A stretch of DNA of 64,000 nucleotides from the NCBI GenBank assembly GCA_044892505.1, contig CM097883.1:42036001-42100000 (forward strand). Reading direction: 5' to 3'. Shown here piece after piece: positions 1-12,574 of this stretch. A model generated the notes under the pieces. That model was not told the origin of the DNA. It saw only the letters and a program-made list of their open reading frames with translations, and searched no databases. This DNA comes from Schmidtea nova (lineage: Eukaryota). How positions within the stretch are numbered: the first letter of the stretch is position 1; each line of letters starts with the position of its first letter. A program made the translations under genes and the position numbers.

Positions 1-1242
1 TAGATTATTCAAATTCAACTTTATAATCGTTTGTATTCTATTCACTGTCTATTACAAGCGTAATTAGGATAGGAAAAGTATAAAATTGTAAGTTGATGAG
101 ATTAATTGAATTAAATTTTTAATAGGAAATCTTTCAAAAATATAAAAGTGCTTAATAAAATTGAAGAAAGTTGATACTTTAATTCAGTTTTTAATAACAA
201 CTCTAAATTTATTAACAATCCTAATAATATTTTACTCTAAATCTTTAAAATGTTTTATGTTGTAATTTATATTTTTTTTAAGCTAAGCATTTAAAATTTC
301 TAATAATTGATATTTAATTTCAATTATTAATTTAAATAATTAACGAAGTTATAATTTATTACTTAAGAAATTTTATTAAAATTGAAATCATTATGAATTG
401 TTTATATTGAATAATAAATAAACTTAATTTATAGAAAACATTCAAAAACTAATTATAATTTAATATTTTAATTGGTTTTGGAAATCGGAATAAGTTGGTT
501 TTTAAAATGTTAATATATAAAATTTCAATAATATTAGAATAAATGTTATATTATTTATACTTAGTAATTAATAGACTTATATAACAGTGTTATGTAAATG
601 GACTAATCATAATTTTGACACTTAATTGAAATATTTTCCAATAAAATATTTTAAGTTTTAAAAAATAATTTGATTAAATATATTTATATTTAATATGTTT
701 ATTTAACTTTCAATAAATTAATAAAAAAATTATTAAGGTTTTATCATATGTATTTTGGTTTGTCTGTAAAAACGATATCACTACAAGAAACCTAATAGTA
801 TTGTTACTTCATCTACAAAGTTTAGGAAATATATCTTAAAAAATAAAAATAAGTCAATTGAAAAATTGGCTTTTACAAATCAAGGAAATTTTTATATAAT
901 TTAGGTTTATAAATTTACAGAAATATTTTCTAATATAGTATTTAATATTATTAGTCAGTAAAATGTGGAAAAAATTATCTTTCAAGAAACATTGACATGA
1001 TAATATTTTGTATTTGATAAATTGGTTTAATTGAAAGCCGATATCGAAGATTCTCTCAAATGATATTAGATTTTCAACAAGTCATTTTAATGACGATTTA
1101 ACTCGATTTAGTAAAAAAATAATATAAAATTTTAAACTGTTATTAGATTTTAAACTGTTATTAATATCCTGGTGCATAAACATTTTTTTTGTTTGACTAT
1201 ATTGTATAAATATTTTGATTTAAAAATATATAGTTTTGAGAG

Positions 1243-1746
1243 TTGATCCAAATTCATTCAAATTCTTTGAAATATGAAATGTTATCTTTTTCTCCTTCTA
1301 GCATTTGTGTTTATCGAAATATTATTTGGTCAACAAATGATTTTAAAATAACAAAAAGCGATAAATTTCCACATCATATCGATCAAGACTTTTCCATAAA
1401 TATTTATCATCCAAATTTAGATCACATTTTTGCAGTTTATGTATTGAAAGTGGATCATAGTTTAACCAATGAAAAACAAACACATTATATCTATCCAGGC
1501 TTTCTTCCGAAATTAGATCGAAGATTAAAAGAGAATTTTTTTCATATTATGAATTTTAACGAGTCTAAATTCAATACAGAAATTATCGTAAGGTTCTATA
1601 GAGAAGCTAACAACGCATTGTGGAAAATTGATTATTCAACAAAGGGCGCCGGTAATTTGCACATTCAAATACCACCAGACATGCTGAGGATTTATCAGGA
1701 GAGAATTTATCTCTATCGGCCACCGATTTTACCATTGATTATTTAA
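1243..1746 (+). CDS. ORF or exon of unknown function
   Basis: 504-bp open frame in very AT-rich DNA with protein-like composition. An AG acceptor-like site (ttttgagag) lies just before it; the first ATG is at 1279. No family recognised. Confidence 0.4.
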   Translation: MIQIHSNSLKYEMLSFSPSSICVYRNIIWSTNDFKITKSDKFPHHIDQDFSINIYHPNLDHIFAVYVLKVDHSLTNEKQTHYIYPGFLPKLDRRLKENFFHIMNFNESKFNTEIIVRFYREANNALWKIDYSTKGAGNLHIQIPPDMLRIYQERIYLYRPPILPLII

Positions 1747-2128
1747 TCAAACGATGGTCATAAATAGGGACTCAGCGAGAATATGAAATCCATTATCACT
1801 TGCACATCTGAGGACGGGCTGCCACACCCACCAAAACTAATTTCATCAAATTAGTAGAGTTATTTGATCGGTCCGAGAATGCGCCTCTTTTAATTGATCG
1901 AGCACGTAAACTTCTGTTGATGGTCATACAAATTATTAATAATAATAAAATTTTAAATAAATCAACAAAACCCAGAAAAATAAACTAAAATGGAATAAAT
2001 TTATAAATAAAATAAATTATATGAAATTGTTACTAACTGGGTTTATTGGACAAATAAGATCTGATTAAAAAAAGGTAAAGCAGTAAAATTATATAAACGA
2101 CGATAATTACGAAATTATGCCAGCTGAA

Positions 2129-2150
2129 ATATATATATATATATATATAT
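2129..2150. repeat. (AT)n microsatellite
   Basis: Pure AT dinucleotide run. Confidence 0.9.
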
Positions 2151-2578
2151 TTGAATTCAATCTAATTATAATGTATGAATTAAATTGTTGTTGAATAAAA
2201 TCTAAAATAAATCAAAACAGTCACAAAACCACATCAACCCGAATATGTGATGAGTTTCATTTTTTACCTGAAAAATCAGAAAAATACATTTTTAAGACAC
2301 CAATAGTAAGGTGACATACAATTTCTCGGACAAAAACAATATTTTTTAACGATTTATAAAAGAATACAAATAAGGAAAAATGTACACGAACACATAAAAA
2401 TATATTAATACATCAAAAATAATTAAATGTTAATAATCCTAATTTATGATTGGTCGGAATTAATGCCATCTCACAATGGGGCTAATACTGTCCTTCGCTA
2501 AACTAACAACTTCAGAATATTAAATTTATTGCTTTATTGTCATCAACATATTATAAAATGTGAACTTAATTAAAATTA

Positions 2579-3161
2579 AAATTTATTAACTTTTAAAATA
2601 ATTTATTTATAAAAATTAAAGTAATAGTGGTATACAAACTTTTTCGACATTAGTTCTTAATAACAAATAATTCTATTTGAAGCCGGTTTATTTTTTTAGA
2701 TTAAATAGAGAAGCGATGCCAATGTATTTACATGTTTCTAAATTTCAGAAAATCGATGAGATATTGAACAGATTTGTTTTTAGATTTCTCTCTAATAGAT
2801 TACTTTAACAAAACACTATTCTGAATTTTGATCAATCTAACAGTAATTAAATAATCAACTATAGAAGTGGTGAATAAATAGAAAATTCATGTTAGAACTC
2901 AAATTATCAAAAAAATCTATAAATCATTCTTATTTTCTATATCAGTCATTTCAAATGTTAGAGAAAGTGTAATTTAGCATCATCTATAAGTTATTTAATA
3001 ATATAAATTGATTAGGTTCACATTTTATAATATGTTTAATCTAAAAAAATAAACCGGCTTCAAATAGAATTATTTGTTATTAAGAACTAATGTCGAAAAA
3101 GTTTGTATACCACTATTACTTTAATTTTTATAAATAAATTATTTTAAAAGTTAATAAATTT
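2579..3161. repeat. Inverted repeat with 127-bp arms (2579-2705 / 3035-3161) and 329-bp spacer; foldback or MITE-like
   Basis: The arms are exact reverse complements by manual comparison (aaatttattaac...ttttagattaaa). No TSD identified. Confidence 0.9.
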
Positions 3162-4083
3162 AAATGTGCTTAATAATTTATTTTGGATTTTTTCATTTTT
3201 AATAAAAATTGTTGTGATTTTATGTTAGTTGAATGCTGATTGTCGGGTTGCAGTTTTTGATGAAAGATAAAAAAATATATAAGAATTGTAGCTTGTTTAT
3301 CTTAAGTAATAAATAAATTTAAGTTTTAGAATAAAGTCAAAAATATGATTTGATATTTATATTTATCAATTCGATTTTTAAAGTTGGATTAGTGAATAAC
3401 TTTTTTTAAATTTTGTTACAGAATTGGTTATACAAATTAATCATGTTTTACCTGCCTAAAATGAAAAAAATCAAATAAATATACTTGAAATGCGTTTGTA
3501 CAGAAATGAATGAGAAATATAATTTTCATCTTTTTACTATTGAGACTGTAATGATTATTGAACGGCCAAATATGAAAACTAGTTTCAACGATTTCGTGAA
3601 TTCGGTCCTTGATACATCATATCTAGTTAGAATGAATTTCATTTTTGCCTTAAAATCATTCCACAGCTTATAGTTTCATAAATATCAGCTTGAGAATTCA
3701 GTTTCCGTAATTTTATTAATCATTTTAAAACAAATTTAGACTTATATTCAAAATTTTACAAAAATTTACATCATTTTATTTTAAATATTTATTGTAAGAA
3801 ATATTTTTAAAAATTGAATTCTTCATCTATTTATTATTAACAAAACATTTACATGGAAAACTGCAAAATAAATTTTTATAATTTGAATTTGTAAACCAAA
3901 GTTTTTTAACCAAAAGTAAGAATATCAACCTGGCTCTTTTGTAATACAATTCTCTTTTTTACCCTCGACTATTCTGTGCTCTATTTCAGTTTTTGTCTGA
4001 AATAGCATTTGAGCATTTAATGTAATTTAATTAAAAATTTTTAAACGCTTTATTAATGCTGGACAAAATCCAAGCGTATAGAC

Positions 4084-4105
4084 CAAGGGTACTCAAACCT
4101 TTTGA
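4084..4105 (+). mobile_element. Orphan hAT (Charlie/Buster-like) terminus
   Basis: caagggtactcaaacctttt resembles the left end of the 9022 MITE and is preceded by gtatagac. No matching right end found. Confidence 0.35.
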
Positions 4106-4339
4106 GAAGTATCACATATGATTTTTTCCTGAATTGGTATGGACAGTTAAAATTTGTTTTCATTACAACTCTGGGTTTTCTGCCTATTGTGTTGGTAAAA
4201 TTTAGAGATGTTCATGTTCCTGATGATCTAACCTATTTGCATCTTACCAAAGTTATTTTCAAAATTGTATGATCCTATTCTTATCTGTATTAATTTGTTT
4301 GTATTAAAACAGTCATCACCTTTCGTTTTTATATCATAC

Positions 4340-4545
4340 TGTTAGGGTTTGCCTAAAAAGGTACAAAAATGAAATTTTGCGGAGGAAACTGGCATGAGGG
4401 AAAGTCAAATAATGAGGCAAATTTAAATATAATAATATAAAATCAATGCGGGTTCCCCAGAAATAAATATTAAGTAAATAATTAATATTAAGTAATAATT
4501 AAATAAATTACCTAACGAAAGCCCCAAGCTAATGGGTGGGTTATT
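4340..4545 (+). mobile_element. Eroded 5' fragment of the TGTTGGG...CCCAACA LTR family
   Basis: Shares gaaactggcatg...tcaaataatgag, ggttccccagaaa and gccccaagctaatggg motifs with 58773-59120 and 50451-50760. Confidence 0.5.
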
Positions 4546-4619
4546 AGCAATATGCGAAAACTAATTACTATGGCTCCATCTCCAAAAACCTCGCATATAA
4601 ACATTGAATAACCATATGG

Positions 4620-5500
4620 CTGCCCGTTACATTGTAATGTTAGTCCTGCAACAAATGGGTGGACATTCGCAAAAAGTGAGCACTGACTGATTCAGAACTA
4701 TAACTGACCGAATGTCTCGGGTCGGTTCACGGGCGACCATTAAAGATACTTTGTCCATTTTCACCCCTCCTTTATCCAACTATATACATTTTCTGGCATC
4801 ACTATCATTCATTTTTCCTAAACTACTTAATTTCAAAAAAAGAACTTTTGATTTTACTCTATTAACTATTTCTGACCATATAATTCAGATCAATTGTGAA
4901 TAATTTTTCTTGAAAATTAATTAAAATTTATAGTTAATTGAAACAATAAAAAATAAATACCACCAAAAATATGATAAATAAAACAAATTGCAATCATTAT
5001 AACAATAATGTGCATTATCACCAAAATTGTTATAACATTTACGAAATTTTAATGTTCGTATTTGAATTATTCTGTGGTCAGGTCGACAGTGGCTGATATT
5101 ATTATTTTTAGCTGACTCGTTGGTCTAGCCTCTTGTCGGGGTTTGTGGCGGGTTACTTAGATTGAACTTTTTGGTGGAAGGTGGATTTGTATTTGTTTGA
5201 CTTGGTTTTCCAGTCAAGTTGCAGGGAACAATTCTAAAGATGTCGAAGATGCGGAAGGTAACACCGCCATTACAATATCAAAATCAACTTGGTATTTCAC
5301 TAGCCGAGCCTCTCGCTCTCTAAGTGTCACCTTTAATTCATGATGAAAGCACTCATTCACAAAATTCATTTAACACATTTCATCATACATTTTGACCAAC
5401 ACAACTCGAACATTTATCGATACCACGATGAACTTCTCTTTAAATGGTTGGTCTTCATATAATTATCAATGTCAGGCTTCGTCTACCTGGGAAGGTATTT
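4620..5500 (-). repeat. Diverged repeat D, copy 1, carrying a decayed ORF
   Basis: 4620-4770 aligns with 6822-6970. The minus strand translates to ...LVKYQVDFDIVMAVLPSASSTSLELFPAT*. Confidence 0.55.
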
Positions 5501-5992
5501 CAAATAATACTAAATGGCGACTAAAATTCTATCTTAATTCATAAAAAAGAAAAAACAATTGTTGGTTGGACTTCAGCATTTGATTCAAATCTAGGTAATC
5601 ATTGCAGTTCTCTAGATTCAGAACTTTAATTCCAAAATAAGTTGAAGCGAGGACTTAATTTAACCATTATAGAGCATTTTCCAAATTTTAATATTAGCAA
5701 TTTGGTGTATTTTCCTTTCGAACAACTATTAAAGGGGAGGGATGTAGTTAAAGAGATGAACGAATCTCATAAAAAGAAAATTTATACATTTATTTTAAAA
5801 ATTAAAATTTTAAAGATTTTGTGGTTAGCCGTAATTTGGTAACGGTCATATATGGTTAAGGTTTGGATCTTGATTCCACATGCCTACTAGTCAAACGTGT
5901 GTTATGAACAACTCATATTCGAGGAAAATAGCTTCTGCCATCAAAGTGAAATTCTATTGGACTGATTTTATTATGGGTACAATTTTCCATAG

Positions 5993-5994
<2 letters not shown>

Positions 5995-6028
<34 letters not shown>
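5995..6028. repeat. (AT)n microsatellite
   Basis: Pure AT run. Confidence 0.9.
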
Positions 6029-6031
<3 letters not shown>

Positions 6032-6304
6032 CTTCTTGATTCTATTTTTAGAAACTTGGAATTCCCCAATTCAGTGGTAAATCTCGTGAACTTCCATCGA
6101 ATTTTTATCAAGTTAATCGTTTTATATTATATTATAAATATTGCTTCTTCTGCTATTACCTCATAATTTGCCAACTCAATTCACCAGTATTCTGGATCAT
6201 CGTAGAAATCCTTTCCTGTTTTGGGAAATAGTTTATATAGCAGTGGATACTCGTTCAAGTTTTGTTTGTTTCTCGGGGAAAACATTTATTTAATTTCTCT
6301 GAAG

Positions 6305-6305
<1 letters not shown>

Positions 6306-6344
<39 letters not shown>
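6306..6344. repeat. (AT)n microsatellite
   Basis: Pure AT run directly next to the rDNA fragment. Confidence 0.9.
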
Positions 6345-6348
<4 letters not shown>

Positions 6349-6360
6349 TTGTGTTTGTTA

Positions 6361-6740
6361 GGTACATTAACCAGATGTTTGGTTCATCCACCATCACAAG
6401 TTCTACTTACCAAAAATGGTCCACGAAACATTTGTATTAAAAGTACATCTTCAATAAAAAAGACACACCTCGAACTCATTTACAGTTTGATAATAAGTTA
6501 AGAAAATTTCGTTCCTAATACTTCTAATCATTCGCTTTACCAGGTAAAACTACAATATCAAATGCCAGCTATCATGAGGGAACTTTGAAGGGAACCAGCT
6601 ACTAGGTGGTTCGATTAGTCATTCGCCCCTTTACTCATGTCCGACTATTATTTTGTGCGTCAGAACCGCTGCGGTCCTCGATCAGAGTTTCCCTTCACTT
6701 CAACCTGCACAAGCATATTTCACCATCTTTCGGGTTCGAT
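6361..6740 (-). pseudogene. 28S: Degenerate 28S (LSU) rRNA gene fragment
   Basis: The reverse complement reads aacccgaaagatggtgaaatatgcttgtgcaggttgaag...gactaatcgaaccacctagtagctggttccc...gatagctggc...gtaaagcgaatgattagaag...tggtaagtagaac, matching the conserved eukaryotic LSU core. It has many substitutions and no other rDNA flanks it. Confidence 0.93.
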
Positions 6741-6821
6741 GTTGAGTGAAACTGTTTCTATAAGCAAAAAACGTGCCACGTATCCCTTACTAAAATAAAT
6801 CTTGGGGTAATTTCGCTATTT

Positions 6822-7650
6822 TGCCCGTCACAACGTAACGTTGGTAATGCAAAAAATGGGTGGATGTCCGCAAACAGTGAGCGTCGAAAAATCGAAACTA
6901 TGATTGACCGAACATCACAATGGGTTCAAGGGCTACCGATAGAAGGTTTAGTACCTATTTGAGTCCTTTAATATTATTTATCACGCCATTTACTCTAATT
7001 ATACTCAAGTGAATGTCGTTATCGGAGTTCTGAGATCGATTTAGCTAAATTCATATAATTGTTTAATTACGTTTATTATAATAACTGATAATAAAGAAAA
7101 TAAATTTATACGCAAAGAAATTATAATTTTACAATACTTATGACACAAAACAGTTTACACAATGAGCAATCTACATATACAGACACATACAAAAGTTCAT
7201 CACATTTTTTTATGAATTGTTTACAATATGGTGAGATCAATCGACTCGAGATTAAATTTTCGAACCTGGGCCAGCATGCGAGCTTCTTTTGTCCGTTTTA
7301 GGCATGTTCGAGCGCCTTTACTGGGCTTCCATCGCTTTAGTCGGATGGAACATTGAGTGATCGGTACCTAATCTTCAGCTCGAACAGGAAATAATTCTAA
7401 TGCGGGTAAGTGGTTCTTGGACAGTACGGCTGAGAAAATACCTCTTTCCACCTGCATTTTGGAAATTATTGTTTATTTATCCCTGACAAGCATTTTTATT
7501 GCCTTTAATTGTATGGCATCTTCTGTGGCCTGTTGTTGGAGGACTTGAATTTTTTCAACGATCAACATACTGCTTCATACCCTGCAAACGCATTATTCAT
7601 AAACATAATTCTTTAATAAAATTGTACACCACTCAATTCGGGAAAAAGTT
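6822..7650 (-). repeat. Diverged repeat D, copy 2, carrying a decayed ORF
   Basis: Paralog of 4620-5500. The minus strand translates to ...ISKMQVERGIFSAVLSKNHLPALELFPVRAED*. Confidence 0.55.
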
Positions 7651-9021
7651 CGGGAATAATTAATTATTATTAATTTTGCGTCTATGTAGGTGTTATTTTC
7701 ATGATTTTACGCTATAAAAATTAATTATAAAGTAGAAAAAATTTTAATTCCAAATTTTGAATTTCCACCGAGGCCTTAGCAACGGTAATTGAAAAATTTT
7801 CACAAAATTTTTATTTTCAATAGGTGAGAATTCCTCTGTATACTCATTTTACAACTTAAATTTCTTTAACAGGAAGAATTATATTATGGGTTTAAATTTA
7901 GACGACCCCTCCCCTATTGTTTGATGAAGATAATGGGAACTCAACGAAATCTATATAAACAGTTTTGCAGGTGGAGAGCAGAAATAAATGAGCCTGATTT
8001 GTTGGTTATATTATGAAACTTTTATCACTATATTATAATTATTGATTTTACTGTAACCAGAAAATTCAAAAATTCTGGTCAATTTAAATTGTTGGAAAAA
8101 GAGTAACTTCTATATTTTACCCGTTCATAATTATAGGTTATTTGAGGGGATCTTGTTTTAGCTGTATCTCATTGATTAGTTATCCCAACCATATTGTAAC
8201 CATTTTGTAACAATTTTTAAAATTCGTTCTGATGGTCAGTTTATTTTATTTCAAAGTATGATTATTATTATCAACATCCTCTTTTAGTTGCTAATACTCT
8301 CTCTGCTTGTGCTACATACAGGCCAGCTCTGGAAATTCTATATTCATCAAATTGAGGATTTACTCACAGATGCCGTATGATGGCAAATACTCAAATTTCC
8401 GAATTTTATTGTTACTAATCTCGTGCTCAATTCATGTTTCTCTCTTCCTCGATTTCCCTCTATGCAACGATTTCTGAGATGATTCACAGTATATGTGGAC
8501 CTTATCGCTATTCTTTGTAATAAACGTCTCCCCAAACTTTCAATTCAGTCGGATGCAAAACGGATTTATAACTTTACAATAATGTAATATGATTTATATT
8601 TGAGTATGAGATTTTGTCGAATTCCTCCAACCCAGTTTATGCCCCAATAGTAGATTTTATTTCAATAAATTTTTATTGTCAAGTCTTTTTAATCATTTAA
8701 TAAAAATGTAATACAATTATTTTCGACGGCTTAGCCTTTTTAATACAACTATCACGTGTGGCACCTTCTAAGGGTTCATCGTGATGAAAAATTAAAATAT
8801 GATCTAATAAAATTTATTAATAAATGTATATAGTAGATTTTATGATAGCTGATCTGACGAGTATGTCCGTATAACGATGAATTCCAATGTAGCTTACGTG
8901 AATTCTTCTGGATGTGATGTGTTGTGTAGGTAATGTAAATGGGTGAGGGTGATTAAATTGACCGCAAACAGGTGTAAAAGCTACTAATGTAGATCTTTAT
9001 AAAAATTTTGTTGGTGTAGAC

Positions 9022-9328
9022 CAGGGGTGGCCAACCTTTTTGGAAAAAGGGCCATTATAATATTTTTGAACCATGCGGCGGGCCGCAGGTTTGAAAGGCG
9101 TAAATTTTTATCTCATGCTTCTGAGCTAATTCCAATGTTTTTTGATAAAAATTTTTAGTTTCTATTGCAATTATTTACTATATATTCATTGTGTTGTATT
9201 TATTACAAATATTTTTTTTGTATCATTTTCGTATTTTAAAAAGTTTTTAAAAATTTTTTTTCTATTTTTGAAATATTAAAACATTGCGGGCCGCAAACGG
9301 CCCGCGGGCCGCCGGTTGGCCACTCCTG
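9022..9328. mobile_element. hAT (Charlie/Buster-like) MITE, 307 bp
   Basis: TIRs caggggtggccaacc / ggttggccactcctg, 8-bp TSD gtgtagac / gtatagac, and GC-rich subterminal gcgggccgc motifs. Confidence 0.92.
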
Positions 9329-9469
9329 GTATAGACGGTGTTAATGAATAAAACGATACAATTAATTGTACTGAAGGACGTTTAGTTCAATATGGTGTTA
9401 TTGACTGTAAATAAGATGATTAATATTGTGTGATAGTGTCGATTGCTAGAGAACTAGTTAATGCGTTGG

Positions 9470-10290
9470 GATGTTAATAACTGTAAATAAGATATTTACT
9501 GGTATATGATTTTATGAGTTTAATTATAATGATCATTATGATTGGATGTTATCATTTGCAAATAAAACCATTAATATGATAGAATGTTATGAGCTGCAAT
9601 GAGCTAGATAAAGCTGCATGTTATCATAAATTACAAGTTAGTTACAGTCGTTGGATGTTAATTGTTGCGATTAATTTATATTATATGATGTTGTGAGTGC
9701 AAGATACTTTATTAATATTATAGGATGTTGTGAGCTACAAGCAATGCATATTATCGGGTTTTGTGAAGTGCAAGCTAACTTAATATACTTTTGTGGATTA
9801 ACTAATAAATTTTTGAGTGGTGGTTGACTGTGGGTGATGTAAATTTAATGAACTGTAAGACTTTATAAGTGATAGGCCTGGTTTATGGATTCCAGTGAAG
9901 GAAAGAATTCTTTTTGGATATATGGGGTGTTATCGGATGAAACGATAATTTTCTTTGCTGTAAGAAGGGAGATGAATTTTTTCTTTTACAAGTGGTAAAT
10001 TAGATATTATGGGTTTTGATGAATGAAATTTTGTATAGATTCCCTGGATGCAGCATGCTGTTGGTGAGTGTTAATGAGTGAAACGATATAACTTATATGA
10101 AATTATAGATAAATGAATTTTTGGGGATAGTATTAGATGCAGATGATGATTGTTGACTGAAAGAATTTTATTAATTGTGAATAGGGATGTTGTGAGATGC
10201 AAGTAAATTATGTTAATGGATGTTGCGATTCGCAAGTATTTATATTGTGAGATGTTGTAGTTTGCGAGTTGGTAATTATATATACTTTTA
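9470..10290 (+). repeat. Eroded G/T-skewed minisatellite, about 33-bp unit (ggatgttgtgagntgcaag core)
   Basis: The core motif recurs about ten times with strong strand skew. Similar skewed sequence lies inverted at 12670-12790 and 15700-16140. Confidence 0.55.
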
Positions 10291-10519
10291 TGGATTAAAA
10301 AATTAGTTTTCAGTGTGGTAATTTGATGCGGTGACTTTGTTTAATGAAACGATGTAGTTTATTGCAACTATAGATGAATGAAATTTTTTGTAGATTTCCT
10401 GAGTGTGATATTAGACATAGGTGATGCTAATGAGTTATAAAGATGTATTAGTCTGCAAATATGGTTTTATGGATTACGACAAAGTTTTAAGAGCTGTAAT
10501 TTGTAAAATATACGTGTTG

Positions 10520-10900
10520 GGAAAAAACTGAGGTTTGTTTAAATGGCGCAGTAATACAGCGTGTAGAGAGCACGCAAGAAATAGATTTAAAATTCTGTAA
10601 ACCAAAACACCAGGTGAGGCACAGTAACAGCAGAACACCTGAAATAATTGATTAAAACACGTTTAAAAATTTAAACGAACAAAAGCGCATTGAGTGTACA
10701 CGTGAAAAGACACATGTATAACGTGAGAACATCAATTGTGTAATGGAATAGTACACTAGGAAAAATTAACATCTTTCAGGAGGAAATTTTCGAATTTTAG
10801 TGTAAAAATTCAAAAAATACGAAAGAAAATTGTTTTGGTTAGAAATTATGATAAACTAATTAAATTAGGCAAAACTTTGATTTAAAAATGAAATTTTAGA
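10520..10900 (-). repeat. Dispersed repeat family E, copy 1
   Basis: The reverse complement aligns with 18580-18910, 20040-20290 and 62480-62800 (ttttaaattyacttcttgcg...tgtattac...aaacaaa). Confidence 0.7.
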
Positions 10901-10984
10901 TCAAAAAAAATTATTTAAAGTTTTTTTAAGATTTTATGCTAAAATAATAATTCAATTTTGCGTAAAATAATTGAAATTAATTTT

Positions 10985-11270
10985 CAAGAATTGGAAAATT
11001 CCTTCTAGAACAATTTGTTCAAATGCATCAACGAAAATAACAATTTGAGCAACTATATATACCGCCATCAAAATGGATTTCATCAGAATTTGCCAGAATT
11101 TGCTCTGAATTTTGTTGCTAAAAATTTTGAAACGTTTTTAGCAGTAAAATATTTAAAAGAGAACTTTGCTTAAAATTGTTTGAGAGAATTTTCGGAAGCG
11201 AACCCCTCGAAAGATTTCTAGAAATTGTTTCCGAACCAAGCAGAGAAGCTATTCGATTATGTAAGGATTA
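10985..11270 (+). pseudogene. Possible BTB/BACK-junction pseudo-exon
   Basis: Translates to NLFKCINENNNLSNYIYRHQNGFHQNLPEFALNFVAKNFETFLAVKYL with in-frame stops and ends at a gtaagg donor. The motif resemblance is weak. Confidence 0.3.
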
Positions 11271-12573
11271 TGAATTTTATGTTATGCGGGTTAGCAATCA
11301 TGCCTTGTTACCCTGCCGTAGGTATTCTTATCTGATTTTTATTTTTATTTAAAGTTTGATAATGTATTATCTTATGGTTAAATATGTAATGATTATTATA
11401 ATTTTCTATTCAAGTTTTATTTTTACTTTGATCATATTTTCTCACAACCTAACATCCTTATATTGATATTCATTTATTTATTTATATACATATTTATATT
11501 TTTTATAATAAAACCATTTCTATACGTCTGATGATGGTCCACTTAGTCGTTGTACCGTCATTAGTCGCTTTGGTGAATCATCAGTTTGCTGGAGTTCTTT
11601 CAGTGTTCTGATTCATATTTTCATCGAAGTTAGCGCAAACATCCAATCTAACTTCATCTCATACCTGGCTATATGAAGAGTAGTGGATTGGCCAAGCGCA
11701 AGGTCTGTTCAAAATAATTAATGTCTAGAATCCTATTACATTTTTTTGAAATGCAATATGGTATTAAAAGACGCAAATGAATATTTAATTATAGTATTGT
11801 ATTTATATTTATTTACATCAAATTATATAACTCTTATAACTATATAAAATGCGAACATAATAAAAATGAATCAGAAATATGCATTCGTCTCGTCAATCGC
11901 CTTCTCTCAATAAACGTCGTCTTTACTTCACTATGAAAGAAAAGCTCGTAAATGACCGCTCAAAGAGTAGTAAAAATGTTATATTGAATTATGCTTACAT
12001 ATTGTGCTCGATATTATTCCGTTGAATTATTACTCTAAATCGTTAACATCATCGATGAAAACTTCTAAGAGTTACACATAGAGTTTTGAATATTAGAGAT
12101 CGCCAAAAGAACCGTCTTGAAATTTTATACATACTTTATTTTTAGAAATTCATATATGAACGGGAATAATTTTTGTAAAAAATTATAATTTACTTTTAAA
12201 GATAATTTAATATAAAAAAAGTTTTTTTAGATTGAATTATTAGATTATGAAATTTGTGAATAAAATTTTTATTATTGTATGAATTTTATAGAATATCATA
12301 TTTGGTTATAAAAATAAAATTTATTTCTATAAATAATATATTATGTAAAAATTAAAATATAAAAATTATAAATTAAAATTTTCCTTGAAAATAAAAATTA
12401 TAAATCAAAACTTATATTAGAATGTAAAATTAGAAATTAAAAATTTTTATTATTATATTACAATATAAAAATTTTAAATCAAAAATTTTATTATTAATTT
12501 ATAAAATTCTAAATTTGAAATTTAAATGGGAAAAATTATAAATACTAAAATTATTATTTCATTGTTAAAATTG

Positions 12574-12574
<1 letters not shown>

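Noticed and set aside
7945-7959. cgaaatctatataaa, resembling part of a planarian spliced leader as I recall it
   Set aside because: Only 15 AT-rich bases match, the flanks do not, and there is no donor or Sm site. Chance is likely.
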